Notes: generated by a model not told the origin, from the letters alone. A stretch of DNA of 64,000 nt from Pyrinomonadaceae bacterium (GCA_035947355.1 DASZKF010000293.1:2697-66696); one strand, 5' to 3'. Positions 1 through 10,715 are shown, counted from the first letter of the stretch. Numbers and translations are program-made.

Positions 1-35
1 AGAATGCTCCGGTCGGGCGACGGTAGAAACAATAT

Positions 36-425
36 TCAACGCGCGCCCCTAGACTTTAGTCCGAGCACGCTCAGCACGGCAAAGAATACCGCGAGGACGG
101 CCGAGAGGAACTGCCCGGCCAGAGCCAGCAACGGCCCGCGGACGTGAACGTCGCCGAAAGTCTGATCCCTCGACCAGAAGAAGCCGCCGGCGATCAGGGC
201 GGCGATGAGCAGGGAGCGGATCAGACGGTCGAGGTGTGTTAACTCCCACCTCCGGAAACTGATTGTCAGCGAGCTGTAGATTACGCCGACGACGACCGCG
301 CGCAGCAGGTAGCCGCCCGACAGCGGCCCCTCCGAGGCAGAGATTAGCAGCGCCGCGGTAGCGCCGGCGAAGAAGAGCGGCGACCATCTGAGAAGTATCC
401 CCGCGCGCGCGTCGGTGTTGTCCAT
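36..425 (-). CDS. hypothetical small integral membrane protein
   Basis: ORF 36..458 trimmed to the ATG at 425 (MDNTDARAG...). About four hydrophobic segments (LFFAGATAALLISA, VVVGVIYSSL, LLIAALIAGGFFW, FLSAVLAVFFAVLSVL). No family recognised. Confidence 0.4.
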   Translation of the reverse strand: MDNTDARAGILLRWSPLFFAGATAALLISASEGPLSGGYLLRAVVVGVIYSSLTISFRRWELTHLDRLIRSLLIAALIAGGFFWSRDQTFGDVHVRGPLLALAGQFLSAVLAVFFAVLSVLGLKSRGAR

Positions 426-468
426 TTCGTTCACTCCGCGGGCGCGGCCCGCCGGCACGCGGGCCGCC

Positions 469-1758
469 CTACTTGTAGCAGAAGGTCGCGGCAGTTCGGA
501 GCCTTCGGGCCTCGGCCTCGTCCCAGACGAGCGTGCCGGGCGGCCTCCCCAGCGCCACCTCCACCGCCGCCTCCGCGATGATCGGGGGGCGGGGGAAGCA
601 GCGCACGTAGATCGGGCCTTCGACGCTCCGGGCCAGGGCGATGAGCTGCTCGGTCGGCTCGGCCCGTTTCAGGAAGAGCCCGTGTTTGCGCGTCCAAAGG
701 TGGCTGACGTTCTGGAGGAGCATGACGCCCAGCAACGCCGTCAGGAGCCAGGCGCGCGACGGCCTGACCCGCTCCTTCAGGACGACGACGGCCGCGCCGA
801 CGATCAGCGCGAGGCCGGCGCTCGCGAGGTAAGTCTGGCGGCTCGGGACGCGGTGGACGTAAGCGACGAACATGTAAGGCACGAAGCTGACCGAGACCCA
901 GAAGACGCCGAGCCGCAGCAAGCCCCCGAACCGCCGCCCGGCGGCGAGCGTCATCGCCGCGAGCCAGCCCCACGGCCAGAAGAGCGCGAAGAAGCTTTTC
1001 GCCCACGTCTCCCAGAACGGCGCGCCGAGATCGAAACTCCCGTCGGAGAAGCGGAAAGACTCGCCGCGGGTCTGAAATATCGAGACGGCGTAGACGGCCG
1101 CGAGCACGGCGAAAGGCGAAAGAGCCGGCAGGCGGCGCGCCCTCGGCTCAGGCCCCAGCAGCAGGGGCAGGGAGAGGACGGCGACGAGGACGACGGACGA
1201 CTCCTTCGACAGCAGCGCGAGCACGAAGGAGAGTAAAGAAGCGGCGTACCACAGCCGGCGACCGCGACCGCCTTCGAGGAAGAGCAGCCAGCCGAGGAGC
1301 GAGAGCGACCCGAAGAAGAACAGGAGGAGTTCGTTACAGGCCGAGTACCACATGACGGCCTCCTGGTGCCCCTCGTGCACGGCGAAGAAGGCCGCGGCCC
1401 AGCCGCTCACACGGAACCCGACCGGCGGCCAGCGGCCGAGCGCGTAGATCAGCAGGCAGTTTGAGACGTGCAGAAGGATGCTGAGCGAGTAGAAGGCGGC
1501 CGGGCGGAGGCCGAACGCGCGCTCGACCCAGTGCGTGACGACGAAGGTGGTGGCGCGCACGCGGTTCACGCGGTCGCGGGCCATCCCGGCCCAGCCGCCG
1601 ACGGGGCCGTGTTCGCGGGCCAGGGCGATGTTCGGGTAGTCGTCTTCGATCAGCGGCTGGCCGAGCGTGGGCAGGTAGGAGACCAGCGCGAGTAAAGAGA
1701 CCGAGAGGGGTATTAATACGCCCGGGGGCCTGACCTTATGCCGCATACGCTCGCACAC
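469..1758 (-). CDS. polytopic membrane protein, possibly a GT-C (PMT/ArnT-like) glycosyltransferase
   Basis: 429 aa with many hydrophobic helices. The first loop 'GQPLIEDDYPNIALA' resembles the acidic first-loop motif of GT-C glycosyltransferases. Family assignment is tentative. Confidence 0.45.
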   Translation of the reverse strand: MCERMRHKVRPPGVLIPLSVSLLALVSYLPTLGQPLIEDDYPNIALAREHGPVGGWAGMARDRVNRVRATTFVVTHWVERAFGLRPAAFYSLSILLHVSNCLLIYALGRWPPVGFRVSGWAAAFFAVHEGHQEAVMWYSACNELLLFFFGSLSLLGWLLFLEGGRGRRLWYAASLLSFVLALLSKESSVVLVAVLSLPLLLGPEPRARRLPALSPFAVLAAVYAVSIFQTRGESFRFSDGSFDLGAPFWETWAKSFFALFWPWGWLAAMTLAAGRRFGGLLRLGVFWVSVSFVPYMFVAYVHRVPSRQTYLASAGLALIVGAAVVVLKERVRPSRAWLLTALLGVMLLQNVSHLWTRKHGLFLKRAEPTEQLIALARSVEGPIYVRCFPRPPIIAEAAVEVALGRPPGTLVWDEAEARRLRTAATFCYK

Positions 1759-1820
1759 TCTCGAAGGATGTCCGAGCGTAACACAAAACGACCCGCACTT
1801 CCCCCCCGGACGCCTGGCGC

Positions 1821-4532
1821 CTATTCGTACCGGAGCGCGACCATCGGGTCAACGCGCGACGCGCGGCGCGCCGGGACGTAGCCCGCCGCCAGGGCGACGC
1901 CGACCAGCGAGAGCGCGGCCAGGCCGAGCGAGACGGGGTCGCCCGGCGTCAGGCCGTAGAGGAGGGCCGAGACGAGGCGCGTGGCGGCGAGCGTGGCGGG
2001 CAGGCCGACGGCGACGCCGACGAGGACGAGCACCAGCGACTCGCGCAGGATCATCCGCCGCACCTCGCGCGGCAGCGCCCCGAGCGCCATCCGGATTCCG
2101 ATCTCCTGGGTGCGGCTGGCGACGCCGTAGGACATGATGCCGTAGAGGCCGACGCAGGCCAGCGCGAGCGCGAGCAGCCCGAAGAAGCCGGAGAGCATCG
2201 CCATCAGGCGGTCGCGCATGAGCGAGTTCTGAATCTGCTCGCGGAGCACCTTGAAGTTGATCGTGCTCTGCGGGCTGAGTTCGCCGACCGCGCGCTTGAC
2301 GCCGGCCGTCAGCTCGGCGGGCGGGACGCCGGCTTTGATCAGGAACTGGTTGAAGAGGCCGGCGGTGGCGGCCTGCGTGGCCGGGAAGTAGGCGACGGGC
2401 CGGAACTCTTCGCGGAGGTCGTAGTACTTCGTGCTCTTGACGAGGCCGACGATCTCGTAGCGCGTCTGCGGGGTGTTGGGCGTGGTCTCCACCCAGAAGC
2501 TCCGGCCGACGGGGTTGGCGCCGTTCGCGAGCTGGCGCGCGAACTCTTCGTTGACGACGGCGACCTTCGCCGAGGAAGTCGCGTCGTGGTCGCCGAAATC
2601 GCGCCCGGCGAGCAGCGGGATGCCGAGCGTCTGGAAGTAGCCGGCGCTCACGCGGTGGAAGCTGACGCCCTTCTTCCCCGCCGGGTCTTCGCCGTCCATC
2701 CAGACGCTGTTGCCCCAGCCGCTGCCGCTCAGCGGGACGACGTTGACGGTGGCGGCCGAGCTGACGCCGGGGACGGCCCTGATCCGTTCGAGCAGCTCGC
2801 GCCTGAAGGCCGCCCGCCTCTCTCCGGGGAGGTTCAGGCGCGACGAGTTGACCTGCGCGATCAGAATCCCTTCCTGCTCGAAGCCCACGTCGGTGGCGAG
2901 CAGCTTGCCGAGGCTGCGCGAGAACAGTACCGCGCCGGCGACGAGGACGAGCGAGAGCGCGACCTGCACGACGACGAGCGAGCGCCGCAGGCTGAAGCGC
3001 TCGCGCCCCGCCGTCAGCCCCCGCCCGCCCGCCTTCATCGCCGCGCCCGGCGCGACCCGCGACGCGCGCAGCGCCGGGGCCACCCCGAACAGGACGCAGG
3101 TCAGCACCGCCGCCCCGGCCGCGAAGCCGAGCACCATCCAGTCGGCGCGCAGGTCAACGAAGAGTTGGTTATCCTCCGTGCTGAGGAACGAGACAAGGAA
3201 TTCGCTCAGGAACCCGGCGAAGACCGCGCCGAGGAGCGAGCCGGCCGCGGCGAGGAGCAGGCTCTCCGTGAGCAGTTGCCGTATGAGGCGGCCGCGCGAA
3301 GCGCCCAGGGCGAGGCGCATGGCGAGCTCGCGCTCGCGGGTGCTCGCGCGCGCCAGCATCAGGTTGGCGAGGTTGGCGCAGGCGACGAGCAGGACGAGGC
3401 CCGCGATCCCCAGCAGCATCCAGAGCGGCTTCTCGTACGTCTCGCGCACCTGCGAGATGCCGCTCGCGGCCGGGTACGCCGCCAGCTTGAAGTCTAGGTA
3501 GCCTTGCACGCTCTCGGGCGGGTACTTGGGCGACAGGGTCGTCTCGAATACCCCCGGCGAAATGGAGCTGAAGTGCGCCGTGGCCTGCTCAACCGTCCAA
3601 CCGGGTTTGAGCCGGCCGACTACGATGAGCCACCAAGTGGTGCCCGACTCAAGCCGGCCGTCTTCGCTGCGGAGCGTCGCCGCCGAGCAGACGGGGACGG
3701 CCACGTCGAAGGCGCGCCCCACCTCCGGCCCGTAGAAGCTGGCGGGCGTGACGCCGACGATCTCGACCGGGTGATCGTCGAGCGAGAGCCGACGGCCGAC
3801 GACCGACTTGTCGCCGCCAAACTCGCGCTGCCAGAACTGGTGGCTGATGACGGCGGCCGGCCCGCACCCCGGCCGGTCGTCCGAGGCGTCGAAGACGCGG
3901 CCCAGCTCGGGGCCGACGCCGAGCACGTTGAAGAAGTCGCCGCTGACCCACAGCCCGCGCGCGAGCCGCACGTCGGCGCCCGTCCCCGTGTTGAAGTCGT
4001 CGGCGCCCCACGCGAAGACGCCGGAGAAGGCCTGCTGGCGCTCCCGTATCTGCTCCCAGATGGGGTTCGTCAGCGAGGGGTGCCAGCTCGCGAACATGCC
4101 GCGGGCGGCGCTCATGTCCTCGATGCGCACCTCGGCGAGCTGCTGCGGCTCGGGCACCGGGAGGGCGCGCAGGCGCACGGCGCTGATCAGGTGGAAGATC
4201 GCCGTGTTCGCGCCGACGCCGAGCGCCAGCGTCAGCAGCGCCACGCCGGTGAACCCGGGGTTCTTCCTCCACAGCCGCAGGCCGTAGCGCACGTCCTGCC
4301 AAAGCTCTTCGAGCGGCCGCACCCCGCGCACGTCGCGGCACTCCTCTTTCACCTTCTCCACCCCGCCGAACTTGAGGAGGGCGGCGCGGCGCGCCTCGGC
4401 GGCGCTCATCCCGCGGGCCATGTTCTGCTCGGCCTCCCGCTCCAGGTGGAAGCGCAGTTCCTCGTCCAGCTCGCGCTCCACCTCCGGCTTGCGCACGAGC
4501 GCCCTCAGACGCCTCGAAAACTTATCGAACAT
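1821..4532 (-). CDS. duplicated MacB/FtsX-type ABC permease (acidobacterial duplicated orphan permease, ADOP family)
   Basis: 903 aa. N-terminus 'RRLRALVRKPEVERELDEELRFHLEREAEQNMARGMSAAEARRAAL' is followed by two permease halves, each with a 4-TM FtsX-like module. It lies immediately downstream of PadR, the arrangement typical of Acidobacteria. Confidence 0.9.
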   Translation of the reverse strand: MFDKFSRRLRALVRKPEVERELDEELRFHLEREAEQNMARGMSAAEARRAALLKFGGVEKVKEECRDVRGVRPLEELWQDVRYGLRLWRKNPGFTGVALLTLALGVGANTAIFHLISAVRLRALPVPEPQQLAEVRIEDMSAARGMFASWHPSLTNPIWEQIRERQQAFSGVFAWGADDFNTGTGADVRLARGLWVSGDFFNVLGVGPELGRVFDASDDRPGCGPAAVISHQFWQREFGGDKSVVGRRLSLDDHPVEIVGVTPASFYGPEVGRAFDVAVPVCSAATLRSEDGRLESGTTWWLIVVGRLKPGWTVEQATAHFSSISPGVFETTLSPKYPPESVQGYLDFKLAAYPAASGISQVRETYEKPLWMLLGIAGLVLLVACANLANLMLARASTRERELAMRLALGASRGRLIRQLLTESLLLAAAGSLLGAVFAGFLSEFLVSFLSTEDNQLFVDLRADWMVLGFAAGAAVLTCVLFGVAPALRASRVAPGAAMKAGGRGLTAGRERFSLRRSLVVVQVALSLVLVAGAVLFSRSLGKLLATDVGFEQEGILIAQVNSSRLNLPGERRAAFRRELLERIRAVPGVSSAATVNVVPLSGSGWGNSVWMDGEDPAGKKGVSFHRVSAGYFQTLGIPLLAGRDFGDHDATSSAKVAVVNEEFARQLANGANPVGRSFWVETTPNTPQTRYEIVGLVKSTKYYDLREEFRPVAYFPATQAATAGLFNQFLIKAGVPPAELTAGVKRAVGELSPQSTINFKVLREQIQNSLMRDRLMAMLSGFFGLLALALACVGLYGIMSYGVASRTQEIGIRMALGALPREVRRMILRESLVLVLVGVAVGLPATLAATRLVSALLYGLTPGDPVSLGLAALSLVGVALAAGYVPARRASRVDPMVALRYE

Positions 4533-4550
4533 GCCCGCCCTCCGCCGCGC

Positions 4551-4883
4551 CTAACTCGTCTGGAGGATGCGCGAGACCGCCAGGGAGAACCGCTCCCACG
4601 TCTCCGCCTCCGTCTGCAACTGCTTCCGCCCGGCCGCCGTCAGCCGGTAGAACTTGGCGCGCCGGTTGTTCTCCGAAGCGCCCCACTCCGAGGTGATCCA
4701 CCCCTGCTCTTCGAGGCGGTGCAGCGCCGGGTAGAGCGAGCCCTGGTTGACCTGGAGCACGTCCTCGGAGACCTGCTGGATGCGCTGGGCGATGTCCCAC
4801 CCGTGGGTCGGGCCGGACTGGAGCGTCTTGAGCACGAGCAGGTCGAGCGTCCCCTGCAGCAGATCCGTTTTTTGCCTCGCCAT
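4551..4883 (-). CDS. PadR-family winged-helix transcriptional regulator
   Basis: 110 aa with '[26 protein letters not shown]...[20 protein letters not shown]...[12 protein letters not shown]', the classic PadR signature. The gap to the permease gene is 18 nt. Confidence 0.9.
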   Translation of the reverse strand: MARQKTDLLQGTLDLLVLKTLQSGPTHGWDIAQRIQQVSEDVLQVNQGSLYPALHRLEEQGWITSEWGASENNRRAKFYRLTAAGRKQLQTEAETWERFSLAVSRILQTS

Positions 4884-5573
4884 ACTTTCCCCCTAGACAA
4901 TCTACAAGTAAGGTACGCCTCTTCCTGTAGATTGTCAACAGGAAAAGGCCGGCCGGGCCTGGCTGTGCGTATCTCCGACGGAGGTGCCGGGGGCGCGGCC
5001 GCGCGTGCGGCGCCGTGAGGAGGTAACACGAATCCGGGGCGCGCGGGCGATGGTGGGGCGGGCCGCCCGGCGCCTAAACGGAAGGTCGAGACGATTTCAA
5101 GAAGAGGGTTTTAAGAACCGCCCGCCCTGGCGTTGATCCCGTTCCGCTTCAATTCGGCCAGCGCGGCCTCCAGCGAAGCCGACGAGTCTCCCGCCGTCCT
5201 TCTAGACGCGCACGTCGTTCCGCGGGCTGAGCGAAGGGTCGCTCAGCTTCAGTTGGAGGTCGCCGGCGTGGAGCGTCGTCTCGCCCGACGACAGCACCAA
5301 CTCGCACAGCCGCCGCAAATCACGCCTCGCGTCGTAGCCCCGCGCCGAAAGCATAAATGACTCGCAAAAAAATTTTCCGCCCGTGTCGGATTCCGAGCGG
5401 GTTTGTCGCATTTATCAGGTGAGGGCGGAAGGCTTGGCCGCACGGGCACGGGAGCCCCGCCGGTCAAAGCCTAGCCCCCAGTCTCAGGGATTGCAATCGT
5501 ACCGGCGGGGCCGGTTCGGCGAACGACAAGGCACTTGAGGTTTTACTCGCGACCGAAGAAAGGAGAAAGAAGG

Positions 5574-5762
5574 ATGATCCAAATAATGTCTATCATGATC
5601 GCGCTGGCGGCCGCCGTCACTTTAGGCACGCCGGGCGGCAACAAGCTGTTCGACAACACCGGCGGCGGCCCGCTCGCCGCACAGACTGATTACAACAACA
5701 ACAACTCCGCGCCCCGCGCCGAGACCCAAAGCGGCATCAACCCCGTCCAGCACAGCGAGTGA
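5574..5762 (+). CDS. small hypothetical secreted/membrane peptide
   Basis: ATG at 5574 preceded by AGGAGAAAGAAGG. Hydrophobic N-terminus MIQIMSIMIALAAAVTLG followed by a Gly/Asn-rich tail. No family recognised. Confidence 0.3.
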   Translation: MIQIMSIMIALAAAVTLGTPGGNKLFDNTGGGPLAAQTDYNNNNSAPRAETQSGINPVQHSE

Positions 5763-5861
5763 GCGCGGGCGCCGGGGCCGCGGCGTTGATTACGTCTCAC
5801 GCCGCCGACTCACACCCCGGACAGACCCGCCAACGCTGCCCCTCTGAAAAAGGAGCTGTCA

Positions 5862-6407
5862 ATGAAGAAGCAGGCCATCGGCACACTGCTGAGCCTTTTA
5901 CTCATGGCGTCTGCGGCGTTCGCCCAGGACGGGTCGCCGCCCGCCGGGCCTCACGCCGGCCGGTCGAAAAGGGCGAGGAGATTCGTCGTGCCGCTCATCC
6001 TTTCGGCGGGCGCCGCGCAGTTCACCTTCGACACCACGATCTTTATGACCTACACGCCGGGCCTCGCCGGCTTGGGCGCGGGGCCGGGCGCGTCGGTCGA
6101 CTTGTTCCTGTTCGACGACACGGCGGGCAGCCCGTTGCGTTCGGCCGCGGGTCAGGACGTTTGTAACCCGTGCACGTTCCCGCTCGGCGGGGCCGGCGGC
6201 AGGCAGAGCGTGCGGGTAGACGAACTGCTGGCGGCCGGCGGCTCTTTCGACGCGGCGGTGAAACTGGGGTTCGCCGTGCTCGTCGTCGGGGGAGCCGACC
6301 CCGACGGCGTGAACATACAGGGCCGCGTCGTCTCCTCCCGCGCAGGCTCGTCCGACCTGTCCGTCCTGACCTTCGAGCCCCAGCCCGCCGCGGCGGAGGC
6401 GCAGTAG
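5862..6407 (+). CDS. hypothetical secreted protein
   Basis: RBS AAAGGAG upstream. Signal-peptide-like N-terminus MKKQAIGTLLSLLLMASAAFAQ. High GC3 in this frame. No family recognised. Confidence 0.5.
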   Translation: MKKQAIGTLLSLLLMASAAFAQDGSPPAGPHAGRSKRARRFVVPLILSAGAAQFTFDTTIFMTYTPGLAGLGAGPGASVDLFLFDDTAGSPLRSAAGQDVCNPCTFPLGGAGGRQSVRVDELLAAGGSFDAAVKLGFAVLVVGGADPDGVNIQGRVVSSRAGSSDLSVLTFEPQPAAAEAQ

Positions 6408-6425
6408 CCGCCCGGCCTCGCCCCT

Positions 6426-6545
6426 TTGAAAGGAACGGTCGAGGTGCCGCTCGGCTTCAGCTTCCCCTTCCTCGGCAAAAACTATTCGAGCATCTTCGTC
6501 AACTCGGACGGCAACATCGCCTTCGGCGCCGGCGACAGCGCCGCG
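6426..6545 (+). pseudogene. orphan fragment resembling the start of a NIDO-like secreted-protein domain
   Basis: 'VEVPLGFSFPFLGKNYSSIFVNSDGNIAFGAGDS' matches the FPF(F/Y)G..y..(I/V)fVNsNGnisF pattern. The frame then degenerates into an Arg/Pro-rich tail. It starts on TTG and has no signal peptide. Confidence 0.3.
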
Positions 6546-6906
6546 CTGCCGCGCGGCGCCGCACGGACTCGCCGGGAGGCGAGCCAAGTGCGACCTCATA
6601 GCCGCCCCGCCGGCGGGCCGTCAAAGGAGACTGCTCCGCGGGAGTGATGGCCGTTCGGGCTCCAAGAATCTTGACTTTTCTCCGGACACGATTTACGTTT
6701 CTCCGGAATCCGACTTTCGAAGGGCTGCCACTAAACCGACCCTCGTAAGTGACCAGCGCGCACTTGCCGGCCGGGCCACCTCTAACAACCGCTACCAGAA
6801 ACTCCCCGTGCTATGTTCTAACTTGCGCGGAGCCGCACGAGGGATCGCAGCCTCGCCCAGAGCGGGCGTCGGCCGGTGCGGCTTCGACGAGCGGAGGTGA
6901 ACACTC

Positions 6907-9900
6907 GTGCGGCGGAAAGTTCTCTACGCGCTTCCCCTTTACCTGGCAACCGGCATCGCTATTCTCTTCGCGACGCGCCCCGGCGACACTGCGTCAGTGA
7001 CGGCGACGGCGGCCGCCCCCGGCACGCGTGCGGCGTCGGAGTTTGCAGTGCCGCCGCTCGACTTCGTTGAGAACCTGGGGCAATGGGATCAGTCGGCGGC
7101 CTTCGTGGCGCGCGGCGGCCCGCTGACCGCGCGCCTCGGGCGCGACCGCATCGAGCTCCGGCACGCGAAGGGGCCGCAGGCTCCGCTCGCCCTGGCCTTC
7201 GAGGGGGCCTCGCCGGGCACGACCCTCGTGGGGGAGGGCCGGCGCCGCGGCTACTACAATTTCTTCGTGGGGGCAGACCCCCGCGGGTGGCGGCCGAGGG
7301 TCGCGGCCTACGCCGGCGTGCTGTACCGCGGGCTCTACAACGGCGTGGACATGCGCCTGCGCGAGGCGGGCGGGCGGCTCGAGTACGACCTGCTCGTCGC
7401 CGCCGGGGCGGACGTGGCGAAGATAGTCGTCCGCGCCGACGGGGCTTCGGGGCTTGAGGTCGCGGCCGACGGGTCGCTGCTTATCCAGACCGGGGCGGGC
7501 GCGCTCCGCCAGTCGCGGCCGGTGACGTGGGAAGAGCTGCCGGGCGGCGAGAGGCGCATGGTCGAGTGCCGGTTCCGCAAGATAGACTCGCGCCGCTACG
7601 GCTTCGAGGTGGTCGGGCGCGGGCGGGGCCTGCCGCTCGTCATAGACCCCGGGCTCGAATGGGCGACGTACCTGGGCGGCGGGAACTGGGACGAGATTCA
7701 CGACATCGCCGCGGCGGGCGACGGCACGGGCGACGTGATCGCGGTCGGGGCGACCCTGTCGCAAGACTTCACGGGTCGCCCTAACGCGGTGGCCGGGTTC
7801 GTCACGCGCTTCAGCGCGACCGGCGCGCTCGTCTACAAAACGATTCTAGTCGGCTCGGACCGGGAGTGGGTTCGCGGCGTCGCCGTCGCGGCCGGCGGCG
7901 AGCCCGTGGTCGTGGGCGAGAGCTACTCCCCTGATTACCCAACGACGCCCGGCGCCTACGACACGACGCACGGCGTCAGGTTCGACGCCCTCGGCCCCAT
8001 CTACGGGGCGGACGCGTTCGTCACGCGCCTAAGCGCGGGCGGCGACCGGCTCGTCTACTCGACCTTCGTCGGCACGGACGACTACGAACAGGCCGTCGCC
8101 GTCGCCCTCGCGCCCGGCGGGACGGCGGTCGTCGTCGGCGAGACGACCTCGGCCGCGTGGCCGACGACCGAAGGGGCCTTCGACCGGACGCACAACTGCT
8201 GCACCCCGTACTTCGAGGGCGTCTTCTCGGCGCGCGACGCCTTCGTGGCCCGCCTGAGCGCCGACGGCTCCGCGCTCGAATACTCCACATACCTCGGCGG
8301 CTTCGGCGACGAGCTGCCCAAGAGCGTCGTCGTGGACGCCGCCGGCTTCGTCACCCTCACCGGCGACATCTACTCCTCGCCCGACGCGTCCGCCCCGAAC
8401 TTTCCGACCACGTCGGACGCCCTCGCCCGCACCCCGCACGACCGCGAGGGCATCAACGACACCTTCCTCACGCGCATGCGCCTCGACGGCGCCGGCGCGG
8501 CCGACCTCAAGTATTCGACCTTCATCGGCGGCAACAGCAACGAGCACGCGCTCGCCGTCGCCCTCGACCCCTTCAACCCGCAGGACGTGCTCGTCGGCGG
8601 CGTCACCTACTCGACCGCCGGCGTCCCCGCTATCTTCCCGACCACCGCCGGCACGCTCAAGCCGAGTTCCACGAGCATTGACGGCTTCGTCATGCGCTGG
8701 CGCTTCCCCGCGGCCGGCGGCGGCAGCCTCGTCTGGTCAACGCTCTTCGGCGGCCTCGACTACGAGGAGGTCGCAGACCTCGCCGTGGACAGCGACGGGA
8801 GCATCGTCCTCTCCGGCGAGACGCGCTCGTTCGACTTCCCGACCACGCAGGGTGCCTTCGACAGGTCTGTCGCCATCTCGTCCGGCGTGCTCTGGTTCGA
8901 CGCCTACGCCGCGCGCATCAGCGCCGACGGCGCGCGGGTGCTTTACGGGACGTACCTGGGCGGGGCCTTCAACGACCGCCACGTGAAGGTCGCGCTCGTC
9001 GCCCCGAACACCACCGTCCTTGCCGGCTGGACTCTTTCTGGCGACTTCCCCGTGACCCCAGGCGCGCACGACGGGGTTCTTAACAACGACGGCGTCGGCG
9101 GCGCGGCCGGCGGCCCCGGAGGCACGCAGTTCGACGGCTTCCTCGCCCGGCTCACGCTCCTGCCCGACGGCGACGGCGACGACGCGGTCGCCGCGCCGAC
9201 ACTGCTCGGCCCCGCCGATGGTTCTTTTCAGCCGACCCTCACGACCATCAATTTCGACTGGAGCGACGTGGCCGACCCGTCGGGCCTCGACGGCTACAAC
9301 ATCCAGCTCAACCAGAGGTCGGATTTCGTCTGCTGCAATGACTGGCAGGAGGTCTGGACGAAGAACTCGGACTGGAGAGCCAGTGTGCGCTTCGAGGGGC
9401 CTTACTACTGGCGCGTACGGACGGCTGACCGGTCGGGCAACCTGAGCGAGTGGTCGGAGGTGCGCAGCTTCAACTCCGGGGCGGGCGTCTCGACGCTCAT
9501 GGTCAACCCGCCGAGCGTCTCAGGCGGCAACCCGTCGCAAGGGGAGGTCACGCTCACGTCCACGGCCACGCCCGGCGGCGCCGTCGTTTCGCTCAGGAGC
9601 AGTAACACCGCGGTCGCGACCGTGCCCGCGAGCGTCACAATCCCGTCAGGCAGCAACCTGGCGAGATTCACGGTCTCGACCAGGGCCGTTTCAGCCACAA
9701 CCAACGTGGCGATCACTGCCACCTACGGCTCCACCAGCAAAAGCGTGACGCTGACGGTGACGCCCTCCACGGCGCCGCCGGCCGCGCCCACCCTCGTCAG
9801 CCCCGCGAACAACGTGCAACTGCCTCCCGGCCAGAGCATCACCTTCTCGTGGAACGCGGTGGCGGGCGCGGCGACTTACGAGTTCCAGGTTGACGATTCG

Positions 9901-10677
9901 AGTTCGTTCAGCGCCCCGCTGGTGGTGTCGCGGCCCGGACTCGCGCAGACGCAGACCGCGCAGACCTTCACCAGCGAGCGGCGCTACTGGTGGCGCGTGC
10001 GCGGCCGCACCGCCGGCGGCACGAACGGCGCGTGGTCTTCCGCCCGCTCGTTCGAAATCAAGAGAGGGGCCGCGCCCGCGCCCGCTCCGGGGCCGGCGAC
10101 TCTCTCCGCGCTGTCGCTCAACCCGACCGGCGTGACGGGCGGTAACTCTTCGCAGGGCACCGTCACGCTGACGGGCGCGGCCCCGTCGGGGGGCGCGGTC
10201 GTCACGCTCACGAGCAGCAACACGGCCGCCGCGACCGTCCCTGCCAGCGTCACGGTCGCCGCCGGCTCGACCGCGGCGACTTTCACGGTGACGACTAAAT
10301 CGGTGTCCGCGTCAACGTCCGTCACCATCTCCGCGGCTTACGGCGGCGTCACGCGGTCGGCGACGCTGAGCGTCGCGGCGGCGCCCGCACCGACGCCAAC
10401 GCCGACGCCGACGCCAACGCCCTCGACCGACACGGTAGCCGTTCAGGTCGCCGAATACTCTTCCGGCAACCAGCAGTTGCGCGTCGAGGCGACGAGCACG
10501 AATTCGAGCGCCACGCTGCGGGCCTACGTCACCTCGACGAACGCCTTGATCGGGACGCTGCGCAACGAAGGCGGCGGCAGATATCGCGGCGACTTCTCAT
10601 GGCCTTCGAACCCGCAGAGCGTCACGGTGCGGAGCAGTCTGGGCGGTTCTGCCACGCGGGCGGTGACGGTCAAGTAG
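6907..10677 (+). CDS. large secreted SBBP beta-propeller-repeat protein with Ig/FN3-like C-terminal domains
   Basis: GTG start after GGAGGTGA. Hydrophobic N-terminus. Repeated 'DAFV(T/A)RLSA(D/G)G..L.YSTY(L/V)GG' units (SBBP-type repeats), then repeated 'GG(N)(P/S)SQG.VTLT..AP.GGAVV.L.S.N.A.ATVPASVT' Big-like units, and a (TP)n linker near 10390-10420. Confidence 0.85.
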   Translation: MRRKVLYALPLYLATGIAILFATRPGDTASVTATAAAPGTRAASEFAVPPLDFVENLGQWDQSAAFVARGGPLTARLGRDRIELRHAKGPQAPLALAFEGASPGTTLVGEGRRRGYYNFFVGADPRGWRPRVAAYAGVLYRGLYNGVDMRLREAGGRLEYDLLVAAGADVAKIVVRADGASGLEVAADGSLLIQTGAGALRQSRPVTWEELPGGERRMVECRFRKIDSRRYGFEVVGRGRGLPLVIDPGLEWATYLGGGNWDEIHDIAAAGDGTGDVIAVGATLSQDFTGRPNAVAGFVTRFSATGALVYKTILVGSDREWVRGVAVAAGGEPVVVGESYSPDYPTTPGAYDTTHGVRFDALGPIYGADAFVTRLSAGGDRLVYSTFVGTDDYEQAVAVALAPGGTAVVVGETTSAAWPTTEGAFDRTHNCCTPYFEGVFSARDAFVARLSADGSALEYSTYLGGFGDELPKSVVVDAAGFVTLTGDIYSSPDASAPNFPTTSDALARTPHDREGINDTFLTRMRLDGAGAADLKYSTFIGGNSNEHALAVALDPFNPQDVLVGGVTYSTAGVPAIFPTTAGTLKPSSTSIDGFVMRWRFPAAGGGSLVWSTLFGGLDYEEVADLAVDSDGSIVLSGETRSFDFPTTQGAFDRSVAISSGVLWFDAYAARISADGARVLYGTYLGGAFNDRHVKVALVAPNTTVLAGWTLSGDFPVTPGAHDGVLNNDGVGGAAGGPGGTQFDGFLARLTLLPDGDGDDAVAAPTLLGPADGSFQPTLTTINFDWSDVADPSGLDGYNIQLNQRSDFVCCNDWQEVWTKNSDWRASVRFEGPYYWRVRTADRSGNLSEWSEVRSFNSGAGVSTLMVNPPSVSGGNPSQGEVTLTSTATPGGAVVSLRSSNTAVATVPASVTIPSGSNLARFTVSTRAVSATTNVAITATYGSTSKSVTLTVTPSTAPPAAPTLVSPANNVQLPPGQSITFSWNAVAGAATYEFQVDDSSSFSAPLVVSRPGLAQTQTAQTFTSERRYWWRVRGRTAGGTNGAWSSARSFEIKRGAAPAPAPGPATLSALSLNPTGVTGGNSSQGTVTLTGAAPSGGAVVTLTSSNTAAATVPASVTVAAGSTAATFTVTTKSVSASTSVTISAAYGGVTRSATLSVAAAPAPTPTPTPTPTPSTDTVAVQVAEYSSGNQQLRVEATSTNSSATLRAYVTSTNALIGTLRNEGGGRYRGDFSWPSNPQSVTVRSSLGGSATRAVTVK

Positions 10678-10715
10678 CCGCCGAATCGAACGTCAACATC
10701 ACGGAGGCCGACGCG

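Noticed and set aside
5133-5411. Overlapping short ORFs 5133..5360(+), 5202..5411(-) and 5249..5467(-) downstream of the PadR/permease pair.
   Set aside because: They have no RBS, no recognisable motifs and mutually exclusive frames. I cannot support any of them as a gene.
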